A stretch of DNA of 64,000 bases from Amoebidium appalachense (GCA_963693365.1 CAVNZM010000017.1:3763375-3827374); one strand, 5' to 3'; shown: positions 1 through 15,569, counted from the stretch's first letter. Notes: a model not told the origin generated them from the letters alone. Numbers and translations: made by a program.

Positions 1-128
1 CATTGCTCGCCCACAAACAAGTAGTCGTCTCCGTTGAGGCTTTTGTATGCCGTCATCTGGCAGGTGAGCAAGTGTGCAACTACTGCAGCATCCATATTGG
101 TTGCTGAGGGCGTGTCCGATAAACTCAT
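1..128 (-). CDS. Possible first or internal exon of a divergently oriented gene running off the window edge
   Basis: Frame open from ATG at 128 to the edge (MSLSDTPSATNMDAAVVAHLLTCQMTAYKSLNGDDYLFVGEQ). An acceptor-like ctcacctgccag also lies inside it. No family motif recognised. Confidence 0.3.
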   Translation of the reverse strand, partial: MSLSDTPSATNMDAAVVAHLLTCQMTAYKSLNGDDYLFVGEQ

Positions 129-958
129 GGTGGAAGGTTAATTGATAAGGCAGTAATAAGTTTGGGCTTGATTTCATGAACCTTTCAGCTCTGTTTTCTG
201 CGTAAACGTCGGCTGTGACTCAGCCTAGGGAATCTGGTAGGATATCGATTGTGGAAAGGAATTGGGCTGCACTAACAATTCTGGCAAGCGTCAATGCTCA
301 TTTCAAACATAAAATGAAGGTGGCATGGGTTTAACATTAATTCTTGATATTCCCAAGCGTTTCTTCTTTTTCTTGGGTTTGGATTTGACTCAATCATGGT
401 TCAAGCATGGGCTCATGTTTTCATCCTTTCCAACTTCCAGTGGGTTGCTGTGGGTTGCAAGAATCATGTGTGCTTGCGCAGGCGGCAGAGGCGCCAAAAA
501 TAGTGTTCTTATGTAAGCATGATTTTAGAAGGTTGTTTATGAGCTGTTGTTAAAGTTTACAAAATTTACACTCAAAAGTTGCCCAACGCCCATTTTAAAA
601 TGCTTTATGTTTAATCAAAGAGTAGTCGGACTTCTTGTTTTGCCGCCAAAATTCGCGGCAGTGGTGCAGATCTAGCCAATCAGATGCGTCTTTGAAAATT
701 CTTTGAGCCACTTCAAACGTTCCGGCTCGCCAAAAGAGACCTTGTGTGTTGACTCTTGAGAGGTTGATCTCAATGCGAGAGCATAGCGTAAGCACTAAAG
801 ATTTAGAGTGACTCACACAAAAAATATTAGTAAAGCACTACATAATTTATGCTGTGCATCACGGCACACTTCTATTAATTTGATTGAACAGAGGCAGCAT
901 AAGGCTGTAGGGAGTTCCTGGCATCAGTGGGTGAGACCACCATCAACCGACCATCGCC

Positions 959-2008
959 ATGGCAAAGCGGTTTCAAGTGTCCAAGTTCAAGAACACTAGC
1001 CCTCAGGAGGCAAAAAGAGAGGTAGGGGCGCTCTTCATGGGTTTTGACCAGTGCGCGTGTTCGCCATCGCTTACCCTTTGGGCTGTGTTCTGAGAACATT
1101 TACCACCAACAATGTTGGTGTTTGCTTGTTTGCTGCCTTTTTAGCGATTCCCTAGCAACAAGGAAAACATTCTCATAATTCTTCTTTTCTAGCTTTGACA
1201 TAGAAAAGATGCGGCTTTGTGCTAAAGCAATGTTTTTTTGACAGAACTGGTACGCTGAGCTAAGATGTGGGCAGACTTCCACGGACAATTACGGAATGAC
1301 TGCCAGCTGCAAATACCTGGCTTTCCCACTCAGCACAACAGGTATATACTGCCGTTCCCCACACTGCTGTGCTTAACCTGTGTTGCTGCCGACCCACAAA
1401 TAATGCGCTGATGGCACATGTGTAAAAATAGGGAATCACGTTTGCGTAAATTTACCGCTGCGCATCATGGCACTTCTACTTGTGAGCAAAGGGTTGGACC
1501 ATAATTTGCACAAACGGCTCGTCGTATAATCTGGCATCCCGCTTCCCCAATACATCTCGGGGAATCTGACAAGGGATTGTGCAGGGGGCGGGTCAGTATG
1601 TGTTCTCCCGCTGAGTCGTGTCGGCAAGCAGAGTTCCGATATTCCCCACATAGCAGCGCACAGCGGCCCCATCAGTGACTTGGCCTTCTCGCCCTTTAGT
1701 GATGGGCTACTGGCAACCGGTTCTGACGACACATATGTAAGCCCACTCAAGCCTTCACCCGGCTTTGGTTCATGCATGCAACCACCCGTGTCTGAAACGC
1801 TTCCATTTTGCTGTTACTAACACAACTCGACACGTTTTATCCCCCTCTCCCCCCCTAACCCGTTCTCACTTCTGACCACCATCATTGCCCTCCCTCCCTC
1901 CCCTCCCCCCACCCCTCCCCCCTCCCCCCACCCACCCACCACCACCATCACCACTACTACCCGGCACCACCACCACCACCACCCACTTTCACCGACTTTG
2001 TCTCCCCC

Positions 2009-2039
<31 letters not shown>

Positions 2040-2152
2040 AAAAAAAAAAAAAAGGTTACAAGAACAACAAATATTTGGGGCCCAGGCGGGTGGACGGGTA
2101 GGCAGGCCCGGGGTTGTTCTCGGGGGCGAGGACGGGTGTGTGTGTGTGTGTG

Positions 2153-2190
<38 letters not shown>

Positions 2191-2811
2191 ACGATTCTTA
2201 AGTTAGAGTGTGTTTGGGTTGTGTGTTGGATTGTGGTGGTTGCTTCCTTGCCTGTTTTTGGATGGCTGGGCACGGGGTGAACTTTATTTTATTTTATTTT
2301 TATTATTTTTTTTTTTTTTGGGGGGGGGGGGGGGGGACCAGGGCCTGAGCCCTACAATCTCCCTTCTGTAGTGGAGATAGAATCTTTGGCTGCAGGCAGC
2401 AAAGTGGCGTTAAGTTGACGGGTTGTAGGGAGGTGTTTCAAAGAAGAAGGAATATGTAGTGTAATCCACGGGGGCCTGCTGAGGGAGCGAAAAAGCTACC
2501 CGAGGAACTGCTGGGGGGAGGGGGAAGGGAGGAGAAGGGGGGGGGGGGGGGAGGGGGGGGGGGGGGAGGGGAGGGGGTGGGGGTGGCAATAATGAAAAGA
2601 CACGGAGAAGGTTTCATATGGTGATGTATGGTACAGGTGTAAGCTCGTGTGCATTTGTTCTCCCTCGGTCTCCTTCCTCTGCAGCTACGCCCACCCTCTG
2701 CTTCTTTCCTCCACTGGGCACATGTATGCTCTTGCACTTACACCATCTCTCACTCCTCTTCTCTTTCTCTGTCCTCTCTCCTATCTTCTTCCCGACATAT
2801 GCCCCCCCCCC

Positions 2812-2842
<31 letters not shown>

Positions 2843-5800
2843 ACCTGTACATAGGTCATTGTATGTAATGTATGTGGCTGTTCAACCATACTCCACACAG
2901 GCTTACAAGCCTCTTTGCATCATCCTTGCATATGGCATGTTCTACTGATGCCTTTGCTTGGGGCTCTGACCTGACGGTAATCCGTGCAGGTGCGTGTGTG
3001 GAACATTGGTGGGGAGGATGCCACCGAGGGTCTGGTTTCAGCCGTGGCGACATTGACGGGTCATGACAAGCGCATCGAGTCTTTGGCTTGGAACCCCTGT
3101 GCTGCTGACGTAAGCATCTGTGTTTGTGTGTTGCTTCTTTAAACCATCCCCTCCTCCTCCCCCTCCCCCCCACACACACTTCTCCCCTCCTCTTCCTTCG
3201 GCTCGCCTCTGATTGAAACGAGTGACCCACGTATGTTCAAGTAAAGCAAAGTTAATGGGCTGAAACTCGGGAAGTGTGGATAACTTTAACCTGCTCTGAG
3301 GTTGCGGCCTTCTAAAGATGCCTAATCCCCCCCCCCCCCCTCCCCCCGGGACACACACATACACACACACACACACCACCACCACCAGGTGCTGGCCACG
3401 GGAGCAAGCAGCTGTGTGAAGATCTTCGATGTAAGCCAGGAGCGCTCGGTCGTGGACTACGGCATGCAGGGGGGTGCCGTGCAGGTGGGTGCTGGATGCC
3501 GTGTGTGTGTGTCTGTGTGTGTGTGCATGTGTGTGCCTGTTGGTGGGGACTCGCGGAGGCCGGGGGGGAGGGGGGGAGGGGAAGGAGGGTGAGGATGAGG
3601 GGCACAAGAAGGATGGAGGGAGGGTGAGTGGTGTTTGAGGGGCTGGATGGGTTGGGGGGGGGGGGGGGGGGGGGGGGAGGGGAGAGAGAAGGGTATGATA
3701 GGGTTTGTGCATGTGTGCTGTAGAGGGGGAAGGGGGAACGCCTGTGTGCGTGAGTGTGTGTGTGTGTGTCTGGGGGGGAGGGGGGGGGAAGATGGGGAGG
3801 TGAGGATGGAGGTGGGGAGGAAAGTGGAGGTTGGTGCTTGCGGAGATGGATAGTGGGCATGTGGACGGATATGATATGGTTTGCGCATGTGTGCTGTGTG
3901 CATGTGTGTATGGTTGGATGGCTGACACACAGGGTTACAGTGGCTCAGCTGGCACGGCAACGGCAATGTGCTTGCAAGCACGTGGAAGGATGGAAACATC
4001 AGGGTGCATGATGCACGCACATGCACCATGGTGCAGGTGCGTATTTGGTGTGTCATAGGGACAAAGGACTGGTGGCGGGAGTAGGGGAGGGGGTGGGGGA
4101 AAGGGGGAGGGGGAGTGGGGGGGGTGGGGGGTGGGGTGGAAGGGGGGGACGACAGACAAGGGGGACAGAAGTAGTGTATGGAGGAGGAACGGGGAAAGGG
4201 GGAAGGGGGGGGGGGGGGGGGGGACGGGGGAGAGCACTCGGTGGGGGGAGACTTGTGGCTAAATGCAGCATGTGAGGACAGGATGGGTAGAACATAAGCC
4301 GATGCATGTGCAGGTGTCAAGACCGTGACACCCTGTGGATGAAGTAGACGCATGTCCACCTAACAGGACCACACACGTACGGTGAGCATGCACGTATCCA
4401 GACCGTAGTACTGAGCACACATGACTGAATAATATGTGCAGGAGGGCATGGGCCATGCACCAGTCAAGGCATCGTGTGTGCTGTGGCTGGGCCAGAAGGA
4501 GCTGCTGCTGACCACAGGCTTCAGCAAGGTAGGCTTCTGCTGTGAATGTTAGCACGTGTGCATGCATTTCCACTCTTAGAGACAACCGTTCCATCAACTT
4601 CCACCTATCTATTGGCTGCTTCAAATTAAGCCCTCCTTACCTCCCCCCCCCCCCCCGCTCCCCTCCTCGCTCCCTTCCCTCGCCCTTAAACTCACAATAT
4701 CACTCTTTCTCTCTTAAACTCATTCATGTCCACACAGTTGCCCCCTTCCCCTTGCCAATCAGAGTTCCTCAGCCCTCGCTTTTACCATTTACATGATGCA
4801 TATACTGTTACTTTTTGTTGGCACGCAACCTGCGCTCGCTGGCGCTCACACATTAATTTCTTCAGTAGCCCCAAAAAGCGTATCTGAAGGTGCAAGTCTA
4901 CATGCAGCATAGCATTTTTCAACTCTGTCATGAGCTTTCACTCAGTTCAGTTCACACCCAATGCCACGCCTTCCCTGTTTACATTGGGGCTTTCACAGCA
5001 TATGTTTTTTTTTTTGTTCGTGTGTGTGTGTGTGTGCTAAATGCAAACCTTCTAACCCTATGCAGATGCGGGAGCGTCAGTTCATGCTTCACGACCCAAG
5101 GAGTTTGGGCAAGCCGCTGGTGACACAGACGGTAGACACGTCCACAGGCATCTTGCTGCCCCTGTATGATGAAGACACAAACCTGTGCTATCTGGCTGGA
5201 AAGGTGCGCACGCACGTGCTCGCGCTCTGCTCGCATTCTCCCATTTTGCCCTTCCTGCCCACCACCTTTTACTTAACACTCTTGTCTGGCCCTCCCCCCC
5301 CCCCCCCCCCCCACCACCACCACCCCCCTTCCCCACTCCCCCCGGCCTTCCCCACCCCCTCCCTTTCCCTCCCCCAGCTCTCCCGCACCTGCCCTCAACA
5401 CAAGAACTTGCAACACTCGCTCACAATGTAGTCTATAGTTCCGGGGTTTTTACCTCTCGTTTGTGCTCATGGCTTTGGTGAACGGTGAACCCGGGGGCTG
5501 GGCATGGGTGGGTTGGGTGGGGCACGTGTGTGTCTGTGTCTGTGTGTGTGTGTGAGGGGGGGAGGGGGAGGGGGATCTTTAGCTCGGTGGCAAAGTTATG
5601 TCTGGGAACTCAAACCAGGGCCACAGGGTGACACGACCGTGCGACTGTTTGAACTGAGCGAGGCAGCGGCAAAGCCAGCGATCAACCCCGTGTCTGTGTT
5701 CACGTCACAGCAGGCACAGGGGGGTGTATGCCTGGTGGGCAAGAGGGCACTGAATGCCATGGAGTGCGAGGTGGCCAGAATGCTGCGACTTACACCAAGT

Positions 5801-5909
5801 ACAGTTATACCTGTGGTGTTTGCGGTCCCCAGGAAGGTGGGTGGGGGTTTGTGTGCTTGGGGGTGGAAGGGTGCGGGTATGGGTGCGGGGGGGGGGGGGG
5901 GGGGGGGGG

Positions 5910-5946
<37 letters not shown>

Positions 5947-8900
5947 GAATGGGTGATGGGGAGAGGGGGGGGGGGGGGGGGGGGAGAGGGGACGGGGTGA
6001 GCGGGTGTGTGCGTGAGTGGATATGGGTGTGGTGTGGTTGTGGATGGGTGTGGGTGTGTGTGTGTGTCTGTTTTGTCATGGTTATTTTGAGTGGGTTAGT
6101 GAGTGAGGTGTGGGCAAAGGCATTAGGAGAAGGCAAGAGAACCCGTTTATGTGAAATGATTAGCAGGGAGCTTAACGGTTTAATGTGGAGGCTACAAAAA
6201 GGAATCTTGCAGGGAAATAGGATTAATGTACGATGACAAGGTACACCCATTCAAAGTACGCAGATCCGGCGGATTGATTGGTTCAAAGCAGATCCAAAAG
6301 ATCCAGCCGTGACGTAAGCAATGAGGGTGATTGGTTCTCAAAGTCAGCATTCCGAGCATCCGCCGACTCATTCGTGTACATTTTATGCATGCCCTGAAGT
6401 GCAGCACATGGGGAAGCTATTCAAACTTGTCGGATCTACAAAAAGCTATTTTTATTCGCATATGATTATAAAATTAATAAAATAAATTTATAATTTCTAG
6501 AATAATGTGATAATTTTGCGCTTCTGCCGACATCACATTCTGCCGACCGCCGGCTGTGTGAAACCCTTCCTTCACATACAGGCAACGGTAAACATATAAT
6601 ATGCAACCAATGACTGTGAAAACCGAGGTGTACCTCAAATGATTGAGATCTTGCCACTACTTTCTTTTCATATTATTGCTTGTATATTAGCGGAAAAGTT
6701 CTGTTTTTACTCGCTATGTCGAAGATTTACATTGTATACTTGCTTCGTTAAAAAGAAAGTACACGTTTATCTCCACTGGGGGCTGAGATACTGCATAGAT
6801 CGGGTGCTTGTACCTTGAATAGGTGAGATATCCTATTGCTTTGACGATTCTCATCCAAAGGAAGTAGCGGCAGTGGCGTCTGTTAGTTAATAATGGAGGG
6901 GCCCAGGGGGGAGGGGGAGTTTGGGGGGGGGAGGGGGGGGGAGGAAAGGGGGACACAAATAACTTTATCTAAGCAATGGGCACTTCTAACGTCTTTGCAC
7001 CAGAGCCACACTGAGTTTCCAGCCGACCTATTTCCGGACACACGGGGCCCAGTGGCTGGATGCACGGCTGCAGAGTGGCTGGCTGGCAGGTGCGTGCCAT
7101 GCGGGGGTAACATCTTGGCATGTGGGGGGGAGGGGGGAAGGGGGGGGTGGGGGTGGGGGGGGTAAATAGTATGTTGCTGGCTATGGCTGTTGGCTCACAC
7201 TTTCATGTGCACATGGTCGCTGTGCTGACTTGTGCTCCAGATTGCAGTCTTATGTCATGGCTTTATCCCCCTCAAGGCCCCCCTCCCCCTTCCCCTCCCC
7301 CAGTACGTTGCTTTCGTTTTCTGTTTTCTATTTGAATTTTTAAAGGGGAGTAAAGGCAGGGGGATGGGGTAAGAGGTGGGGAGGGGGAGGGGGGTTGGCG
7401 GGGGACGTGGGACAGGGGACGGGGGGTTTGGGGGGGGGGGGACCAAATGATGTGGTGTGTGATGGCTGATGCATTGCTGACACCACCTGCACCCAGTGAT
7501 GCTCAGCCAGCCCTGGCCAGCATGGACCCAGCAAAGGCCCCGGCACCACCCCAGCCCACCCCCACACCTAAACCCACTGCCACCCCCCAGCAGCCATCAC
7601 CCAAACCCACGGCTGCTGCAGCTGGCCCCCAGCACACATCACCTGGTATGGACTGATGTGTGCATGTGTAGGGTTCCATGGGTTTAGGAAAGACTCAAGA
7701 GCAGGTGTTTAAGGAGTTGTGGTGGCAAAGGCCGATGTGTGAGTGTGGGCAAGCGTGTGTGTTTGAAAGGGGGGAAGGGGGGGGGGGGGGGGGGGGGGGG
7801 GGAGGGGAGGGAGCAAGAGACAAAAATGTGAGGAGTTGACTGGTAGGAATCTGGAAGTGGGGATGAGGTTACAAAGCGGGAATGGAAGACGAAACATAAT
7901 GTATTGTGTGTGTGTTTTTTTTTTTTTTTTTTTTTTTTTGGGGGGGGGGGGGGGATGTTTGAAATAGAGTTGAAAGAGACGGCCCGGTTCAAGCAAGATC
8001 CATGCAGGGGCGGCCAGGGCTGCATCACCGCCACGTGGGGCCAGCCCAAGCCCACCACGTGCAGAGTCACCCACCCCCCTGCAGGTACAAACATTCATCA
8101 TGTGTGCTGCGAAGCCGGGGGGAGGGGGGGGGGGGGGGGAGGGGGGGGGGGAGGGACGGGACAGGATTTCCTTGGAGGGTTGCCAAGGGCACACAGCAAG
8201 GGATTTGCCATGTTTCTGTATCCCCCTTACGTAGTAACCGTTTTTGTTGGTGCGTTGCAAAATGGAAAGGACTATTGTAGTCCAAAAAGTGTGGTGCCCT
8301 GTAAAGGGTGGGGGCGAGGTTGAGGGGGAAGGCGGGGGGAGGCGCACGAGGGGGAGGGGGGAGGCTGGGAGGGGGAGAGGGGGGAGGGGGGGAAATGGCC
8401 CGGCTGGAGAGGGGGGGCGGGGGAGGGGATGACCTTTGGAAAAATGTGAGCAAAATCAGACAAGCAAAGCAACCCGGTAATACATATGGGAGAGTAGATG
8501 ATCGGGGAAGGGGGAAGGACTGTGCGCTCTTAAGTATGAAACATATCCAATAGTAAGCCATGCACTCATAAACACGTTTAACGTGCAGCTTAAGACGGTC
8601 AAGGTAGTGCGCAGCAGCAAGTTCAGACACATTGAGGGCAGGGTGAGGCACCGCAACAACAACATAGAGGACATACGGGACATCAACCTGGCCCTGCCTG
8701 CTGACAGCTGCCTGCTGGCTGTGCGTCCTCCCTCCATTCCCCTCCCCCCCCCCCCCCCTCCCCTCCCCCCTCCCCCTTTCCTGTCCCCACCTCTCTCCTT
8801 TCCCCCTCCTCCTCGTTCTCCCTTGCCCTCTTCTCCCCCCCCCCCCCCCCCACCCACCCACCCACCCACCCACCCACACACGCACGCACCCATCCATCTA

Positions 8901-9450
8901 CCTACCCACCCACTCCTGTTTACCCTCAGCCACTGCCCGGCCTCCCCCCCCCCCCCCCCCCCCCCCCCCCCCAGCACAAACACACAGATAGACGAATACT
9001 TGGAGGAGCCCACACATACACACACACAATCACACAAACACATGGTGCACACACGCGCGTATGCTCGCACACGCAGACACACACGTAGCCCATACCAAAG
9101 CGATAGACCCACGGAAAGGTACATCGAGAGGCATATGGTCTACAGCCGGGACGGCAAAGGACCCGTCTGACAGTGTGAAGCACATTATGTTTAGTCTAGA
9201 TCCAGCTACATAACCACATGACCTGGCGTCTGCCCCGTGCACATGCACCCACACCCACTCAACCCATGCACGTGCAGGCCAACAGCCACTTTGCCGTGTA
9301 CCCACAAGCTGGGGCTGGGGGCCAGCTGGCCGTGGTGGCCCGTAACCAGCAGGATCCTGCTGTGGACCCTCCACAGGTATTGTTTTTTTCTGTTTGTTTG
9401 CTTTTTTTTGTTGTTGTTGTTGTTTTTTTTTTTGTTTTTTTTTGTTGTTT

Positions 9451-9481
<31 letters not shown>

Positions 9482-9869
9482 GGGGGGAGGTGTATGTGTG
9501 TGTATGTGTGGGTGGGTGGGTGGGGGGGGGGGGGGGGGGGGTTGTCACTTTGCTCGGAGTAAGAATGGGTGGAAAGGAGTGTGGGAGCAATGGGAGAAAT
9601 TATGGAGCAATATGTCTGTTTTCTGGCTTTGATCAGAGAAAAAGTCTGATTGATGGTTGCAGTTTTAGTGTTGCTAAAAACATTTCTGCATAATAAAGAG
9701 GCAATGTGGGTGATTATGGGTGCATACATATGTGCCACCTTGTCGGTGTAATAGGTGTCTCGTGGTGGCGCAAGGTGTGTGCTGGTCACGGGTCAGCCAA
9801 ACAGCCTTGCTGCATCGTTGTGCATGTTTGTTAAATTATCCCGTCCTACCCACCTTTCTAACCGCTTCC

Positions 9870-9938
<69 letters not shown>

Positions 9939-9972
9939 ACTCATTCACTCACTCACTCACACTCACACCACA

Positions 9973-10003
<31 letters not shown>

Positions 10004-10956
10004 GCACACACACACGCACGCACGCACGCAAGCACACCTACACACACACACAGCCCATCCGGCTGGGCCAGCGTGCGAATGCGCTGGTCAACCCCACTGC
10101 CGTGCTGGACTTTGCACTGAGCCCCTTCGATCCTTGCACCGTGGCTGTAGGTATGTAGCTACATAACCCGTCCTCTCAACTCTCTCTAGAGCCCATCCAT
10201 GCCTGTCCCCTTCCTCCTCTCCCCGCCCTTACAAGGTGTGGGATATGTCGGAGATCAAGGGGACACAAACACGTGCACGCATGCATGCACGCACATGCAC
10301 GCACACACACACGCATACACACACAAAAGCACACGCACACACACACACACACACACACGCACACACACACACACACACATGACAACCACATCTTTGGCGC
10401 CCCGCAAACAGGTCGCCTGTGCCCCCGTTTTGGACTCATGTCTCTCCACCCAGTACATTGTAGTTCCCTTTGCACCATGGTGATTGGGGCCCATCCAGCA
10501 TACATACGTGCATGTATATGGCACTCATATGTGTCATGCAGTTTGTGAGGATGGCCATGTGCGGGTGTGGACCGTGGGCCCTGACGGACTGCAGCAGGAC
10601 ACCACAGACCCGGCAATCGACCTGCAGGGTATGGTGCACGTGCCGATGTGTACATGCACAAACACATGCAAGCCCATGGGCATATTTTATTCTGCATTTT
10701 CTAGTGTGTGCATGCACCTACACATACAGGCCTCTGAGCCTATTCCACCCTGCATGGGCTGATGTGGGCAAGCACACACACCCGTGCATCTGAGCCTATT
10801 TTGCACTTGCCGATGTGCACACACACACACATACATACACCCCTGGGCCTAGCATGCACACACTGATGTCTGCACACACACACACCTCTGGGCCTATTCT
10901 GCACGTGCTCACGTGTGCATACACACACCTCTGTACCTAGATGCACCCTCTGATGT

Positions 10957-10996
<40 letters not shown>

Positions 10997-11367
10997 ATTC
11001 TGCACGTGCTGATGCGGGCACGCGCGCGCGCACACACACACACACACACCTCTGAACCTATGGATGTGCTCTCCCTTCCCTGCCCGCTTGGACCCTCCCC
11101 TGCTCTGCACCACACCATGGGGCACTCCATAAGCAGGGCACTGCCGACTGACATACACATGGTGCAGGGCACACAATGAAGACAAACCTGGTGAAGTTTC
11201 ATCCTCTGGCCAGCAACATTCTCTACTCGGCATGTATGTCCAACCCCCTCCCCCCCCCCCCCCCCTCCCCGCCTCCCCGCTTTTTCTGTCTCACATAGCT
11301 CACCAGTGAAGGGGTGGTGAGCAGTAATGGTTGCAGTGGATGCCGAGATAATGTGGGGATGTGTGTG

Positions 11368-11465
<98 letters not shown>

Positions 11466-12295
11466 GTGGTGGTGGGGGGAGGGGGGGGGGGGGAAGGGGG
11501 AGGGGGCTCTAAGAAAGCACCCACCATGAAGAACTCTCCAATGGACATGTAGCCTCACCAATTCATGTTGTGGAATCCAAGACACAACTGCAGTGGATGG
11601 TGGGGAGTGGGGGTGGGGGAGTTAGTGTGTGGGTTAGAGTCAGCAGGCAGTACACAAGCATGGGGTGAAGATAAGTGGCTGGGGTACATTGTGAGCCTAG
11701 AGTGGTTGTGTGTACAGCGCTGGACCACACGATCAGGGGCTGGGACCTCAGCAAGGGTCAGGCGTTTGTGCGCATCAACCACGCAGACCAGGTATGACCA
11801 CACAGCCCCGGTGGGGTGGGGTGCCGTGCAAGACTTCGAAACGTTGGGTGGTGGGCTGTTCGGTTTGGGCTGGCAATGATCGCAGAACTTGTCAACACTG
11901 CATTTGTGAATAGTGTAATTCTGGGATTGGTGATTGGGGGCAATGGGCCGGGGTTCTTTGCACGTGTGCATGTAATGTGGGTGCAAGCACACGGGAGTAG
12001 GATGCCATCTGAAGAGGCAAATAGTTCCTCACACTGCATGGTAGCGTTGAACCAACATCCGGAACTACCATTGTAAGCCCCAACCGAGGCTGATGCGATT
12101 AAGGATTTCACATGGCCCTGATGTGGCCGTTAATATTCACGAACCTATTAAGTGATCGAGAATGAGGTTGCTTTAGCTTTGTCTTTGGCCTTAATTGTTT
12201 CTTTGTTATTATTTATTTCTTCATTATTAATTGATTGATTGATGACTTATAAAAAAAAATTCTCTTTTTTTTTTTTGTTGTTGTTGTTGTTGTTG

Positions 12296-12341
<46 letters not shown>

Positions 12342-12479
12342 AATCCCCGTGGCCTAGCTGACAGGACATCTGATGGCAGGTGCACTCTCTAGACATCTCG
12401 TATGACGGGCAGCAACTGGCTACGCTGGGCCATGACGGTTATATCCGCCTGTATGACGCTCGCACAGGTGCACTGGCAA

Positions 12480-12532
<53 letters not shown>

Positions 12533-13812
12533 TGCGTGCGTCCGTGCGTCCGTGCGTCCGTGTGTGTGTGTGTGCATGCGTGCACAGGCACAAGCAACTG
12601 CATGCCCGTGTGCTGTGCAAGTTCTTTTGAGCACGTGTTTGCGCCTGGGGGCACACACACGTGATACGCGTCAGACTTAAGGACCTATGAATGCGCACGC
12701 TAAGAAAACGTGCACCCAAACACGCATAAGCCACAGCATGGCTGTTCCATACCTACAGTCACACAACAGCACTCGTGGCCCATTATGCAGGGCGCCAATA
12801 TCACCGTTTCCCTTCTTTCTTTCCCCCCACCCGCTTTTTTTAATAAAAAAAACTAAACATAAAGACGAAGCAGCTAGTACTGACACCACGTATGCAGGAG
12901 GTAGACGGGCAGGGTGGGTCAAGAGGTGGACGGGTCAGGTTCCTGGGGGGCACAGGCCGTCTGGTGGCTACGGGGTTCTCTGGGTGGGTGTTGATTGTTG
13001 TGCATGGTGTATGTGCTGTTATGCATCTCTGGTTCTTTGTTGTGAGCCTTCGTGACGTGAAATTTTTTATTTTTTGGGGGGGGGGAGGGGGGGTGGGGGG
13101 GGGGGGGGGGGGTTGGATACTTATTGATGCCTGTGAACAAGTGACTGTTGTGTCCTGTCCATAGGTCTGCATAGAGTTGAATCGGTCTTGTGTGTGCCTG
13201 TTGATGTATTGCATGTGGATGTGAAGTCTGTGCACACATGTGCGCATGCATAGGCGCTTGCATGTTAGATCTGGAGTGTGGGGGGTATGGGTGCTTGGTG
13301 GCGCATGTGCATGCACATCTGGTAAGGACGGAAGAGCCCGGAGGGGGCGGGGGAGAAGGGGGGGGGGGGGGGGGGGGGGGGGGGGAGGGGGGGGGAGGGG
13401 GGGAAGAGTAAAGGAGGGATTGAGGGGGGAGGGTGGGAGGGGGGAGGGGCATTGGGCGGATGGTGGCAGTTTTTTCCTGTAAGTAGCTGTGCCATGCACA
13501 TGCTGACACACTGTGTGTGCAAGCAGCAGTCTGCGGGACATGCGCATCTACCAGACACCCAGCATGGCCCTGCTGGCCCAACATGTGCTGGACTCGGCCC
13601 CGGCACCCCTCGACCCCACATATGACGATGCAAATGGTGTGCTGTTCCTGGCCGGCAGGGTACGTGTGTTTGCTGGGGAGAGGGGTGGGGGGGGAGGGTT
13701 GTTGGGTGGGTGGGGGGGTATGTGTGTGTGTCTGTGTGTGTTTGTGTATGCGTGTGCGTGTGTGGTGAGGTAGGCAAGAGGGGGAAGGGGGGGCCCTCTG
13801 CCATGTGTGTGT

Positions 13813-13845
<33 letters not shown>

Positions 13846-15281
13846 AAGAGTTGTGTGTGTGTGTGTGTGGGAGAGAAGGGGTCGAGGGAAGGAGTGAGAG
13901 GCAGGGAAGTAAAAGTCGAGTTATGGAGTTGTCGTGTATATCATGGGGCAGGATGGCACGGAACCTGGCAACAGGGAAGGTGCCAGGGGGTGTGGGAAGC
14001 AAGGCAGTCATAATATTGCCAAGGGTGATGCACTAATGCCCGCCCCGCCCTCCCCCCTCCCCCTCCCCCCCCCCCCCCCCCACAAACCCCAACCAAAAAG
14101 GGGCAAAAAAAAGGGGGGGAGGGATGAAGAGGAAGAAAAAGAAAAAATGAACACTGGTTGGTGGGTGTGCTATGCTGATGCTGAGTGGCTTGTGCAGGGG
14201 GAAGGCCTAGTGCACATGTTTGAACTGTGTGACGACCAGCCGTGGTTCTACCCCTTAGCCCCGTATGCAGCAAGCAGCCCCCAGCTGGCCCTGTGTTTCC
14301 TCACCAAGCGGGACTGTGACGTGCGGTGGGTGCACCTGCCCTTGCATGCCTGTCCTGTGTCAATTGTTCGGCATCAGATGCCCGTCCCCCCGCCCTCCCC
14401 CCCCCCCCCCCCCTCCCCCCCCCCCCCCCTCTCCCAGTAGCCCCCTTCCCCTGGCCCTTGCAAATGTGTTGTTCGTATCCTGTATTGCATTCCGAACCAC
14501 CACCTCCCTGGCCACCCCTTCCCCCATTCTCCCCTTTTTCCTTGGTTTCCTGTTTCCCCCTTTTTCTACTGCATCTTGGAGTGATGATTGCAAAACCCAA
14601 GGAACACAGTTGCAAACACTTGCAAGCACACACAGCAGGCCCGTTTATGAGTGATTGCTGATGGGGTAATGATGCAGCAATGTGGAGTTTATGCGGGCGC
14701 TGAAGCTGACACAGACACACATCGAGGTGCTGGGCTTCCACGTGCCCAGATCAAAGGTGGGTCACATTCAAACCCCATTCCCCTTTGTTTTTGCCGCTAA
14801 CTGCAGTAGAACAGTATGCTTAAAGATCATGCATGTCTGAAAGCAAAGTTTCTGTGTGAGCGGGTGGAGAGTAGAGGCAAGGGTGTGTGTTTGGTAGCTC
14901 AGTCTGTTTCTGTTACCTACTGGACATACTTTGGGTGTATAAATGCCCACAAGTGATTGTGAGGATCTGCTGTTACCCACCAGATGTGCGCTAAGGATAT
15001 GCATTTATCTATGTAGACCACCACCCATGTTTGCCCCATTTCCCCTCCCTCCCTCCCAACCCCTAGGGGAATAGGTCGAAACTCGGGTACTGTGGATGAC
15101 GTGGGCCCCCCCTGAGGATGGGCTCTGCTTATTATGCATACTCTTTATGTATGGCTTGCATTCTGCATCGTGTTATCCGTTTGTTCTTGTGTACTTCGTA
15201 CTTTTTGACGCATTCAAAACCCCCCTCCCCCCCCCCCCCTGCCCCCCTCCCTCCCCCCCCCCCCCCCCCCCCCTCCCCCCC

Positions 15282-15321
<40 letters not shown>

Positions 15322-15514
15322 ACCACCACCACCACCACACACGCACACACTTACCACCACCTGCACACAGAGGGAACACTTCCAAGACGACCTGTTCCCA
15401 CCCACCCCTCTGCTGTGGGAGCCCACCCTCACAGGCACTGAATGGCTACAGGGCAAGAATGCCCTCCCACGTACCGTGTCATTGTGCCCCAAAGGCATGC
15501 AGCCGGGTACGTCC

Positions 15515-15569
<55 letters not shown>

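Noticed and set aside
15065-15125. Hammerhead ribozyme in the intronic repeat (stem-GAAAC-TCGG-GTA, with CTGAGGA downstream)
   Set aside because: The 3' half resembles a minimal hammerhead, but no CUGANGA precedes stem II (CTGATCA lies in a separate hairpin loop) and no stem I can be formed. Copy A lacks the UH site.
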